This document shows, one piece after another, positions 36,296 to 49,028 of a stretch of 64,000 bases of DNA. The notes below the pieces were generated by a model. The model was not told the DNA's origin. It was given only the letters and a program-made list of their open reading frames with translations, and ran no database searches. The position numbers and the translations under genes are program-made. Origin of the DNA: Selaginella moellendorffii (taxonomy: Eukaryota > Plantae > Lycopodiophyta); contig NW_003314261.1 in the NCBI RefSeq assembly GCF_000143415.4, positions 5,988,822 through 6,052,821 on the forward strand, in the 5' to 3' direction. Numbering within the stretch: position 1 is the first letter of the stretch; every line of letters begins with the position of its first letter.

Positions 36296-36489
36296 TGTAA
36301 GCTCCTAAGTTTGGACTTCCCGAGAGGTCACCCAACCCAATACTATTCAAACCCAATGACACTTAACTTCAAGTATCCCAAGACCCTTGACCGATTGGAA
36401 AAGGGGGTGCATTCTTATTCATGGGCCCTTTCCCTCTATATTTAAACCCCATGGATCGTCTCTCGAGTCGTTCTCTTTGGTTGCTTACA
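36296..36489 (-). mobile_element. Cassandra-like solo LTR carrying a 5S rRNA-derived segment
   Basis: TGTAAGC...GCTTACA ends, perfect TSD TCATG. Minus strand 36370-36313 reads GAAGTTAAGTGT...AGTATTGGGTTGGGTGACCTCTCGGGAAGTCC, aligning with the 5S A-box/IE/C-box region. Confidence 0.88.
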
Positions 36490-39400
36490 TCATGGTCTTC
36501 ACTTTGGTTTTAGTTGAGTGTTGATCATGCATAGCTAGCCTCTTCAAGGCATGCTCAAAGCTAGTGGTTAAATGCATTAGTGAGCTTGTCGCAGTTGAGT
36601 TGGATTCGAGTGGTCATTTGGTTTGTGCTTGTCCATGAACCTTTACTTTATGCCTGAGGTATTATGTTCATGTTGGACAAATATATGACTCGATGGCATG
36701 AGTTTAGTGTTTGGGTCTCGTGAAAGCAAGTTGAAGAGTAATTATTGGTTGCTTTGCAACTAGTGGTTGCTTATAGACTTCATCCAGGATTGTGACACTT
36801 GCTTCACTCGATAATGATTTAGCGGTGATAGACTTGCTTACTGGATGGTGTTGCGAAGGATCATGTTGTTAGGCTTGCATGGTTTTTCTATGTTGGCATA
36901 TCGATTCTACCTCTGTTGATATCATTTAGTTGCGTTTAGTTTGTGGTGTTGGATTTCATTGAATCTTGGATGTGGTGCATCACTTCTTGATGAAGTGTTA
37001 TCTGTAACTAAGTTTTGCTGAAGGATTAGTCTCGAATACTGACTAAAGTATCTTCAACTTTGGTTAGCTTAGTTGTTGGAGAGCTTTGAGTGGTGATTCA
37101 CTCTTGCTTTTTTCTAGCTTTGTTATGATGTTGATAGCATTGAAGTGATACCTTGTCGTTGACATTATTAATGTTGAGATTCAAGTGAGATGAAATGTCT
37201 ATCCTTAGGATTAATATTGAGTTTCATTACTCTCAATAGAGATGGTGTTGATGATTTGGTTGTAGCTTTGTGTTATTAGCATTTGCACATTTGCTAGTTA
37301 GCAATTATGTTAACGTTCAAATGAACTAAGTGGCAAGTTTGAGTTAGTTGTGTTCTAGATGAGATTATTTAGTAGGGGTTGAGCTTTGAGCTTTTCCTTG
37401 AAAAGTGATTCAGTCATGAACCATGCTAACTCTACAAGTGGAAAGGTTAGTAATCGATATTGGAATATTTGAATTCTTATAGGATTTTAGTTGGAATATA
37501 TCGATCATTAATGATTCTTCTTGTGCTTGTTATGAAGTGAGTTACGTCTTGCTATAGATGGATTCATAAAGGATCATTTAGTGATCACTTATTGAGCATA
37601 ACTCCATTGTGCTTGGCTTTTGAATTGATGCAGATATGCTCTTCATTAGCTTTTGCATTATGAAGTTTGGCTTATGGATATGTTGAGGAGGATATTGTGG
37701 GTTGTACCATGATTTCTCTTTAGCATTGAAGTTACTTCCTGTGAGACTCGTGATCATTATTCGGCAAGATTTGGCTATAAACTTTTTCAAGCTTTTAATT
37801 CTTTGAGTTTTATGCTTATTGTTTCATTTGTTAGAAGTTGTTAGGGTAGGCATTTTGGCTCATTAGCTTCGATGTTGAAGTTGGCTTTTGCATCTAACAA
37901 TCATTGGTGATGATTGACTATCATCTAGGATAATTGATTATCGTTGTCGAAAGTTTTGCTTAATTGTTGTTGGTATAGAATGATTTGCTATTCTTCGGGA
38001 TAGTAGATTCCTTTTTTGACGATGATTATGCATCTCTCTTTTTGATAGAATGATTGATGATCTTTCATGATGGTTAATGTTCTCTTTGATGGCTTTTGGC
38101 AATACCACTTGTATTTTGTAGTTTGCTTTGGATTGATCTCTTGGGTTTGAGCCATCAGTAGGATGTTACTGACACTTGCTTGAGCAACTCTAGTTCCTTA
38201 ATATTGTTGAATGGGATATATTCAGATTGGCTAGTGTGATGGTTGGCATAAATGCTATGTTTGTTGGTCTTGCAGCATTCATTCTGTTCTATTGATTATT
38301 GCTCAAGTTAGTTCTGATAGATTGGGATGTTATTTCCTTTGGGTGATACATTCGCGAGCATTATGTTTGTCAGTCAATGATACTTTGTGTTCTTTGAGTT
38401 ATCTTTCATAAGTTGTTTGGCATACTGTCTGCCATCTTCAATAGTGCAGTTTCATCATTGTGTTTCCTTGATGATATACTTGCTATTGAATTTTGTTAGA
38501 TGGTGATTCCTATGTTTACCAATTATGATGATCTTGGTGGTTTCTATACTATACTACTGGTTTATCAGATGATAACTTACTTGGAATACTTTTGTGTTCT
38601 AATCTAAGCTATATTCATTGATAATTAAGTTTCTCAAATATCATTGTCTATGACTTTGATATTGTTCATCTATTGATCTTTGAGTTTGGGCCAGTATAGG
38701 CAAACTAGCTTTGGCACTTCGTGTGCATGGTGAAATCTCTAGTCATGGGGTAGCTACTGTCGATTAGTCATATAACCCGCCTCTTTGTCGATGTTCCTTA
38801 TTTCGTTAAAAAGGGCGTGATCGTGTAAACAACTCTAACTGCCTATTTACAGTAGTCTATCTAAACCTTACCGACGAGTTTGGTTTCTTTGCTTATGAGG
38901 GTTGGGGCCTCTGGCTTCTTTCTCTGTGTCCCTACGGGCAGGGGCGTATCACACTTTTGTAAGCTGGGTGACTCCCAGAGCAGCAAGGGTGGCTAACTCT
39001 GTTGGTCGTTTCCTTGTCGGCGACGGCCGGAAGGTGTCTGAGCTGGTAGCGCATCCGCGTTAGACAAAAAGGTTGCTCCTTAAATCATTTAAGTTGGTGC
39101 ATTTCTCACATAGTGTGAGTACTGTGAATTTTTTCTGAAGTTGTTTCCTTGGCGGTATTTTAAACTCGAGTATGCATCGATGAGGACGTCGATCTTCCCA
39201 AGGGGGGGAGAGTGTTGCGAATATGACTTCAGGTATCAAAAGTTACCTGTCGGCCAGTCTTTACGGACACTCTTACCTTACTGCCACGATGGCAGGAGGT
39301 CAGTATTGCTGATTCCCTTTATCAGCCCCTCTTGTTCAAGTGTTAGTTTACTAGGCTTAGCACCTATACGTAGCTAGATGGACATAAAGTTGGAACTCCT

Positions 39401-40048
39401 ATGTGTTTCTAGCTGAGCATACTCGGCCTGGCTCTTAGTTCTCTTTTGCTCTGTCTTGCACTGGCTTGACAAGAACCCTTGCGTATTGAGATTAGTCCCT
39501 CAATATCGCTGGATGATAGCTTACCGTGTCTGCCAAACACCCTCGCTATTATGCCCTTTGTGTTAGTCTCATCTCGGTCCCAAATGCTATTGCTCATTTG
39601 GCATATAAGCTCTATTTCGTTAAAGTGGGAATTGTCATTATCCCACTTGTAAAATAAGGTTTCCAAACCTTTATATAGTATATAAATATAACAAAATTCA
39701 ACTGCATTGAGGCACATGCCATTTTATTTTAAACAAGGAAATGTCTACTCAATCACTTCTCCTCCCCCTGCCACTGCTTCACCTCTCTCTTCTCCTTGTC
39801 ATCGTCGTCTAATTTCTTTCCATCCTTTTAATATTGGCTCAGTTGCTCCGATTCTAGGTGGAGCCCAAGTCCCCATTCAATCTTTACTTTCCCCTTATTA
39901 ATAAAACAACTTCGTAGACTTCCAATAACATGCTGTAACACTTCTAGTATAATGCAAATCCTTTTAAAAAATTGTCTTTTAATATTAATACAATGGCATG
40001 GAACCCCATGCCATAATAAGTTACATTTTTAAATAAATACATGCCATC

Positions 40049-43000
40049 TCAGACTGTTATTTTTTGCCTCCAACGCCTATACAATAATCTTGGAATTTCA
40101 TCACTCTCCACACTATCAGGATTTAAACCCAATAGTAATGCCATCTCTTCTCTAATACATCCACGCTCATGTTCAATGGTCGAAGAACCCATCCGGTTGA
40201 GTAGATTATGGAGATGCGGATAGTGCTTGGCTAGACAATATACATGTCATAAATGATGACTGGTGTCTATCTGATCAAATGGCTTCTAATATACCGTTCC
40301 ATCTGCCATTTGGTTGATTTCTGCAGCCACCTCCTAAACTGGCCGGTTCTCTATCACTATCGCTCCAAGCCGTTTTGCAAGGTCCCCCAGAACATACGGT
40401 TTCTTCTCCCTAGTTTCCATACTGCAAGAGATGGGGTGCACTGCATATGTGTGCGTGTTCGCTGCAGTTTTAATCGGCGAGTCATCGATGATGAAGATTT
40501 CACTTGACCTAGCAGTCCGGTTCATCACTACAGCCTCTGGCTTGACGAAGATGGGCTTGCTACCCCTCACATGGACCATAGTCAAGCAATCCTCCTGCGT
40601 TAGGAGAAAGTCAAATGGTAATATTACTCGCGTCTAATCGTGCATCATCTATAGCAACGTTAATGCATTGTGGCACATCATGGATGTCCAAACTCCTAAT
40701 TGCAAATTGAACCCGGCCCTCTGTTTTAAGTGTCGCATGGTCATTATTAGATCCCGCAGTTTCTCCCGTGTGATTAATGTGAATCTGTCTCTTTTGACCA
40801 ACTTGCGACCGCAGGCTTTGGAGGGTGCAATGACATTTAAGGACGAGCCACGCTTATGGGAGAAAAGGACACCGTTCAGATCAAAAACGATACAGTACCT
40901 TCGCCGTGACTCTAAAATGAAATGCGTCAGCATAAAAAATGGTACAAGTCAATTTTACCATCTACAATATTAGCGAATGGTGCACCCGATGGTCGTTGAG
41001 AGGGTTTTGGTCGAGGAAACGTGAAGGGCGGAAATACTCTCCTCTGCAATGTGGGGTCAATCGCATCCGATGGCGTGTGGGCACATGCCATTTCAGTTGT
41101 AGACTCTGGTACAACTGGCTCAACAGTGGCATGGGGTGGTTCCGATGGCGTGTGATCACACACCATTTCAGCTGGTGCCTCCGTTGGCAAAGTGGACATG
41201 ACTGAACAGGCAGCAGGGGCGGTGTAGGGAGGTTCCAACGGTGCGTAGTCAGACGATTGGGCACACATTGAGTCCGTTGGAAATGAGGATACGACTGGCT
41301 CGGCGGCTGGGGCGGCCTCATGCGGGTCCAATGGTGCCTGGTCACCGTTAGTTGGATATGTGGACAAGATTGACTCAGTGGTATGGGCAGCATCAAGTGG
41401 AGCGTGGTCAGCTTGCTTGGTGTTGATATGGATAGTAGCCTCCACCACCTCTGATGACTCTTGCAGGCAAGTAGAGTCCACTGGTGGATCCATATACATG
41501 TCCAAATATCTCCCTTCGATTGAGATGGTATCCTCCCTACTGGCTACTAAAAACAAACTCATTAGCACATTGAATCAACTATACTGTATTTACCATCAAC
41601 TGCTATTGAGGAACTAGGACCGATATCACTTGGGCACACTGCTGATTCTGAAGGATTGGACATACGTTTCAACCCTTGCTTGGCACTATCCTTCCTCGAC
41701 ACTAAAGGCTAGAGTTTGTATCTTAATTCAACTGAATAATCTCTACTTACCATTTGCTCTGCGACCTACATGGACAATGTTAGAAATGGTAAAAGGTTAG
41801 GAATGGATGTACTATTATTTACCTGATGGTTTGTCTTGTATGACCTTCCTACGCTGCTCTTTGGCCACCTCAGGCTGGCCATCGTCGTCATCATCGTCGT
41901 TGTCGTTATTGTGATCGTCACCATTGTGAGGACCATCCAAGTCCTCTTCGTCCTCCTCTTCTTCGTCCTTCTCTTCTTTGTCCTCCTCTTCGTCCTTCTG
42001 CTCTTCCTGCTCATTATCTTTCTCTGGCTCCTCATCCCCCTCCTGCATTTCTTCCATAGGCTGCTCAGGCTGGATGGCTTGTTCTTCCAGGACCATCTTG
42101 GGAAAATCATCTGGCCGAGTCTCCATCTCAAAATACAAGACATCCATAGCCTGTTTTAGTGCATGACCTAGGACCGTATCCTCACCCGACTGTCTTAACA
42201 TGGTTTCTGCACGTTCTTGCACCCTTCGAAGACGACGAGATGAGAAAAACGTGGCCCTGACTTGAAAAGCATCCCTCATCCATTGTACCTCTCCATTGAG
42301 ATTGGGGAAGGGGAGTCCGCCATAGGAATCTGAGTCAGGAGGTGGTGACTGGCTGCTTTCCCACACACACCATAACCACAAGGCATTATCTATCATCTTT
42401 TCGTTGCCCTTCTTCCTTTTCGAATCAAACGCCTCTGATCCCGACAACTGTCCAACGTGCTTTCGCTTTTTATGACCACTGTCAGTTTGAGCTTGGCTGG
42501 TGCTTGCCTGTTTTGCCTTTGAAGAAGTGTCTTCTACAAGGAATGGCATGAGACCACACGCCATTGCAAATATAATTTGTACCTCCTTTTTTCCTATTGC
42601 TTGTCTATTTGTCCTTCTTCGACGCACCACCAGTGCGCTTTTCAGTCCTCGTGTCTGAATATTCACAACGATCTATAATCAAAATGGCGTGAGGCCTCAC
42701 GTGACCTTACCTTGTGCAGGTTGTGAGCTCGGCCCAACATGGGTATCTTCAACAGTAGCTGTTAACGCCGTTTCAGCATCTGGGGGTGGCCACGCTCCTG
42801 CATACAGAGCTTGTGAGATAACATTTAAACTTAAAGTGCGTACTCACCAGGTTCGCAGAGAAGATACTGTTTTTCTTTGGCAACTGTAATTATATGCTCC
42901 ATTGAAGTCACCTCTTCAATGGAGTTTGTCACCGCAACACACAGGACACCCTTGGGTAGTGCGGCTCGAAAGAATTGTCCGCCGCAGTTGTACTCGACAA

Positions 43001-45648
43001 CGCATTTGCCCTTGGAGTCGGAAGTAGGTGACCCACCCGCTATTGCGTTGAAGACCCAGTTGAGCATTTCCCATGCTGCACCTGGAGCTTTCTCTGGATT
43101 CGAAAGCTCCATAGCCGTCTTCAGTTCCTCAGGCACGGGTAAATTGACCTCCCTCAGATCAATTCGATCGGTCTTGTCGAACGAAGCTAGGAAGTCACTC
43201 CAGTCCCACTCTGCTGCAGGACCAATAACAAGGGCGAGTGTGAAGATGCAGACATTCATCGGTATCTTCTTCTTAGCCATTATCCCATGGATCTCCTGCA
43301 TCTCCTTGCCTTTCAACCGAGCCTTCACCTCGTTCAAGGCCTTCCAGAACTTGTGATAGGATTCGGAGTCATAGATCATATAGTGGACTAAAGATTCCAC
43401 CTCCGCAAGTCCCACCATTAAGTCAATGATGGAGTTGACTTTGTCTGCATGAGTGATCTCCTCGTTTGTGAAGTCCATCACACAAAAGATGTTCTTGACC
43501 TGCTCATCTCCGCGGGAAACGATGCTCCTCCACCTTTGATCCTCATCCGAATTCAAGTATACCCGGTAAGGTTCTCGATAGGCCTCTGCTGCGGGGTCGA
43601 GCTGTTTCTGAAGCCGACGGTCGACATCAATCTTAATGAAATTTGGATACTGATCCAACTTCTCAGCTTTACTTTTCGTGGCATCCCGCAGCAGATCGAT
43701 GAACTTGGGGGCCCCCTTCATGTACTCGTCGATGTCTTCATTTGACAACTCCAGCTCTTCCATCATCTCTTGCGTGGTGTCGATGCTCACCCTCTCCACG
43801 GCCACTTGCTCGAAGATCCAATCCTTCAATAGCGCACGAGCTCTCAGAGTCGTGCACAAGTCTTCGTATGTCACAATATGGTCGGGAGTCATTTTGGTCT
43901 TGTTGAAGACTACCTCACCACGTAGAAGAGCATTAGCCACTGTCAGAAGGTCGTCATCGTCTAGAGACCGCGAGAAATGCAAGGCGTTGAGCTTCAAATC
44001 ATTGGGCTTCCGGCCGTCCTCCACACCCATTGAGTTTGGCAACTCCCCGTCATGGTACCTCCTCAGCACATCTACCCATTTGTCAAAAAAACCTTTTTTG
44101 TCGCGAGTAGAATGTTATGGATGCTGAGTGTGTCATTGACCCCCAGTGTTTTCGAGAGAAGACTCAAGAATTCCTGCAATGGAAATGGCGTGAGGCCACA
44201 TGCTATGCCACATGCAACGAGGCTTACCTGCCAGGCGCTAGTTGCTAGTGCACGTCCTTGTCCTGGTTTTTGTGGCTTCTTCAGTTGAACCCAGAGCTTC
44301 CGTGTTCGTGCCAATGTCTCGTGCAGACCCGATTTGTAGCACGTTTCTTGCTTGACATTCTGCGCATGGGAGATGGATATGATAGATCGGAGGGGCGAGT
44401 TGCCTTTTATTAGACGGACAACTCTTGTCTTGAAGACTTTCTTCACCTCCTCGCCCACCATAATATCCACAACTATTTCTTGCATCGCTAAGCTAGAATG
44501 CTGCCCGGAGACGGCATAGAACCGGATGTTCTGATCGTCCAACACCTTCCTATTGATCAAGTCTGGAAACCTCGTCTCGCCCTTCATTGTTCGGTAGTAG
44601 GGGATCACGTCTGTGATGTCGGGTGTTATTGGACTTGCCAGCATCTTCTGCTTCAGTTTCTCCACCCATTCATCAGATACTAGCCTGTGGTTGTATTTGC
44701 TTTGGATGTCGATACGGCTCACGTCGATTGTATATACTTTGTTGGAATAGTAACAAGTACTATTATCTGCGACGATTTTTGCTACCTTTTCTTGCTCTTT
44801 CTACTCTTTGCAGCTCTTCTTTTTGGTGGGTGTAGTGTACGAACCCGAGGCAATGGCATCACCGAGTAGCTTATTTTTTGGACCAGGAGAATCAGACGTC
44901 GGCTTGAGCTTGACCACCCTTTTCTGCTTCGGGGTAGTTTCCAGATCGACCCCCTTCCCCTTCGCTTCACAAACTGGAGGCACTCTCAACGGCTTAATGT
45001 TGGAATATAGTTTTTGAACATCGCCGTAGGTGAGGTCCGTGGATTCCATGTGATCTTCATAGACCCGCAGCGTCTTTGAAATTGTAGGCCTCCTGGACAA
45101 CCTCTCCCTAGCTCCCTCTAGGAATTCCTCATAGCTGCTGCCCCCCTCTGGGAAGCCACTAGGATGTGCAACGTGGATCTTGAAGGCGGACACTGTCTCT
45201 ACCACAAGTGCCAGTCCATATTCTTGCATGGAACTGCATGGAGTGTCTGTCACTTGGATGAGGATCCCCATGCATTCTTTTCTCCCACCATCTGTGTTGT
45301 ACAGCCTCAGATCCTCGCCTTCCATCCCGAAAGTCCAACTGGTGAGCTCCTCCCCCTTCTCTGCATCCACATTGACAGTGGCTGGAAGAAGAACGCAATT
45401 CCTCGCCTGTTCAGAAATGCACAACAATTAGAGCTGACAGATGAAAAGCTAGCAGCTGGAAATAATGTGAGGCCACACGCCATTCACCACTGCATTAGAT
45501 GTCTTGAGGCTGCATCCTAAGATGGCGTGAGGCTACACGCCATCTGTAACCGGACTGCACTCGAGAGCCCAATCGGTGCATGCCAATGTTGCTATTGAAT
45601 GGCATATGGCCTCATGCCATTTTCTACTTGGCCTAAAAGACTTACCAT
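40049..45648 (-). pseudogene. Disrupted copy of the ParB/MTase/FCP1 cargo gene
   Basis: Colinear with 5081-10703. Stops at 44801, 40649 and 40334, a frameshift near 44090, and a deletion near 42360 that removes a splice acceptor. Confidence 0.85.
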
Positions 45649-48600
45649 TTGAAGCCGAATGGAGGCGTGACAATCGAGGCCGGACTCACTGGCGAATGTG
45701 CACTGTGTGTGCAGCGGATCGTAGCAGCAAGGCTACTCTACCACTTACAGTTGGAGAGTGGCGCTGAAATCTCCCGGGACGCCAAGTGGGCTGCGTGTGG
45801 GTGGCGGAGTGGGCGGCAGAGTTGGCGGCGAAGTTACAAACTGGGTGTGTCTTGAAGTGGACGCCGATGCACACGAGCGCGATGCGAGCGCGAGTGTGAT
45901 GCAAGCGCGAGTGGACGCCGATGCACACAAGAAACCTGTAGAGAAGGTAGATGAGCGCGAATGTGAGCGTGATCGCGAGTGGGAGCGCGAGTGTGCGAGC
46001 GCGAGTACGATGCAAAACCTAACCTCACACGCGCGAAATGTCACGACGGTTGGTAATCCCGCCACGTCATCATTCCTCGGACTTGGGCGCCACCATTAAT
46101 TTCTGGATCACCGCGCGCATGCATGCACGTGAAATCCAAAAGAAATCCGCAACGTCATCATTCCTTGGACTGCATGCACGCGAAATCCAAAAGAAAGATC
46201 ATGATTGGGATATCATTTAATACCCTCGCTATATTTATACCATGCATGATTGGATATTCCAAAGCATCTTATATTTCCAAAAATGCCAGATGTTCAGCTA
46301 AATAAAGAATGGTATACAATGTCCTTCTTGATGACCCTGCAAAGAAGCATCTCGATCGGACACCACATGAGACCACACGAGCCTTACAATATTTCAGGGA
46401 CATTTGCCATAGATTCGACCGTTATTTTGCTCCAAAATTCTACAGTTTGGTGTGCATTGACCTTTCCATCGACACTGCAAAGGGACATCACAATCAGATG
46501 CGGGATCACAAGAAACCAACTTCACTAACTCTGGTTTCACCAAGATCTACGTAAGGAGTTATGAAATGAAAGGACCCTCTCTATTGAAATGTGTTTATGG
46601 TCCTGACATATCAAAGGATTTTGCATCAAGTTCTGTATTTGCATGTTTATCAAGCTACTGAATTGCTAAACCCTAAACCCTAAACATGTGGCAAATGCTG
46701 TGTGAAGAAAGATGCCCTTTTTGGGTAAATGCTGTAAGAGGCAGATGCCGAGCAATTACACGGCGAATAATCTTGGCGCGGATCGCTGACATGGCATGGC
46801 AAAGTTCAAATCACTGACATGGCACAGCTGGATCGAGGCAAGGACATGATGTGACAAAGTTCAACGTCCGACAGCAAAGTCTAGAAGCTACTCAGTTTGA
46901 AATTTGTCAGAGGAATTATAAGATCTGGTTTGTCAGAGGATTTGATGTGACGTTCAAGCGTGTGGGCTCATGCAATTTTGATCCCAAAAAATGCACCAAA
47001 AAATGCTCGGCGTCATCTGGCGTTATCTTTTGAATGGCGTGGGGCCGCATGCCATTTTCAGGGGCACATAGAAGTATATTCCTAGAATATTCTGACATGC
47101 GTGAGATTTTTTTTAGTTTTCTGGAGATCCAACCGTTAGATCGCAACTAGATTTTACAGAATGGTATACAATGTCTTTCTTGATGACCTTGCAAAGAAGC
47201 ATCTCGATCGGACACCACATGAGACCACACGAGCCTTACAATATTTCAGGGACATTTGCCATAGATCCGACTGTTATTTTGCTCCAAGATTTTACAGTTT
47301 GGTGTGCATTGACCTTTCCATCGACACTGCAAAGGGACATCCCAATCAGATGCAGGATCACAAGAAACTAACTTCACTAACTTTGGTTTCACCAAGATCT
47401 ACGTAAGGAGTTATGAAATGAAAGGACCCTCTCTATTGAAATGTGTTTATGGTCCTGACATATCAAAGGATTTTGCATCAAGTTCTGTATTTGCATGTTT
47501 ATCAAGCTACTGAATTGCTAAACCCTAAACCCTAAACATGTGGCAAATGCTGCGTGAAGAAAGATGCCCTTTCTGGGCAAATGCTGTAAGAGGCAGATGC
47601 CGAGCAGATGTATTTCAGGCTAGCGAAGGGGACAAACGAAAGCTAGTTATAAACATGATGGGATGCAAATAGATTACTAGGTTGGTCCTGCGAAAATCAA
47701 AAACCATAATTGAAAACATTGAAAATGCAAAAAGAAAGGTTTATAATATTTTTGAATTTTAAGCAACCAGAGGAATGTAAGTAAGGCATGTGTTTGTAAG
47801 TTTAAAAATGCCTCAACCACTTAAATTCCCAAGTAAATAAAGCTGTTTCTATTTTTGGTACAAGTAAACTTTATAGCATGTGGGCTCATGCAATTTTGAA
47901 CCCAAAAATGCACCAAAAAATGCTTAACTAGCATTATTCTTTGAATGGCGTGTGGCCTTATATTGCCATAAATGGACGTACACACACAGCATAATTATTC
48001 CTTTACACGGCGAATAATCTTGGCGCGGATCGCTGACATGGCATGGTAAAGTTCGAATCACTGACATGGCACAGCTGGATCGAGGCAAGGACATGATGTG
48101 ACAAAGTTCAACCTCCGACAGCCAAGTCTAGAAGCTACTCAGTTTGAAATTTGTCAGAGGAATCATAAAATCTGGTTTGTCAGAGGATTTGATGTGACGT
48201 TCAAGCATGTGTTATTTTTGAATTCTCGAACTCATTCCTAGGTCTATCATTTTTGTGCGCCGTGTTCTTGGTTCCGCTGAGCGCAGTGAGCGCTGCTTGT
48301 GTAAGCGGCGTTGTGAGCTGTGGTTTATGCGTCTACGAGCGGTTGCAGCATTGCGAGCGGCAGTTTATGCGAGTGGCAGTTTGTGCGAGCGGCGCTACGA
48401 GCAGTTGCGGTGTTGCGAGCGGCACTACGAGTAGTTGCGGTGTTGCGAGCGGCACTGTCTTTGGTGTGGCTACCGCTTCCTCTTGATATTCAGCAGTGTG
48501 CGCTGCTTGTGTAAGCGGCGTTGTGAGCTGTGGTTTATGCGTCTACGAGCGGTTGCAGCATTGCGAGCGGCAGTTTATGCGGCTGGCAGTTTGTGCGAGC

Positions 48601-49028
48601 GGCGCTACGAGCAGTTGCGTTGTTGCGAGCGGCACTACGAGTAGTTGCGGTGTTGCGAGCGGCACTGTCTTTGGTGTGGCTACCGCTTCCTCTTGATATT
48701 CAGCACTTGTGCTTCCTGGTATATTCACCATGTAATGGCTGAGGACCACATTTAGAAATGGCATGAGGCCACATGCCATCTTGGGCCCTTACAATTTCAT
48801 GGCTAGCAGGGGCCAAAGATAGCGTGAGGCCTCATGCCATTAGTGGTACCACTAATGGCATGAGGCCTCATGCCAATTTTGTGAATGCGAAATTTCACGT
48901 GGGTGTCAATAGCATGTTTGAATAATGGCATGTGGCCTCATGCTATTGAGGTTTTTTCGTATGTTATGATTTAGGCCATTCTCCAATCATTTTTTGTATG
49001 GTCTTAACTTCTTTTTTGCACTTTCAGA

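Noticed and set aside
36313-36370. Functional 5S rRNA gene
   Set aside because: Only ~60 bp, diverged, and embedded in a solo LTR with a TSD.
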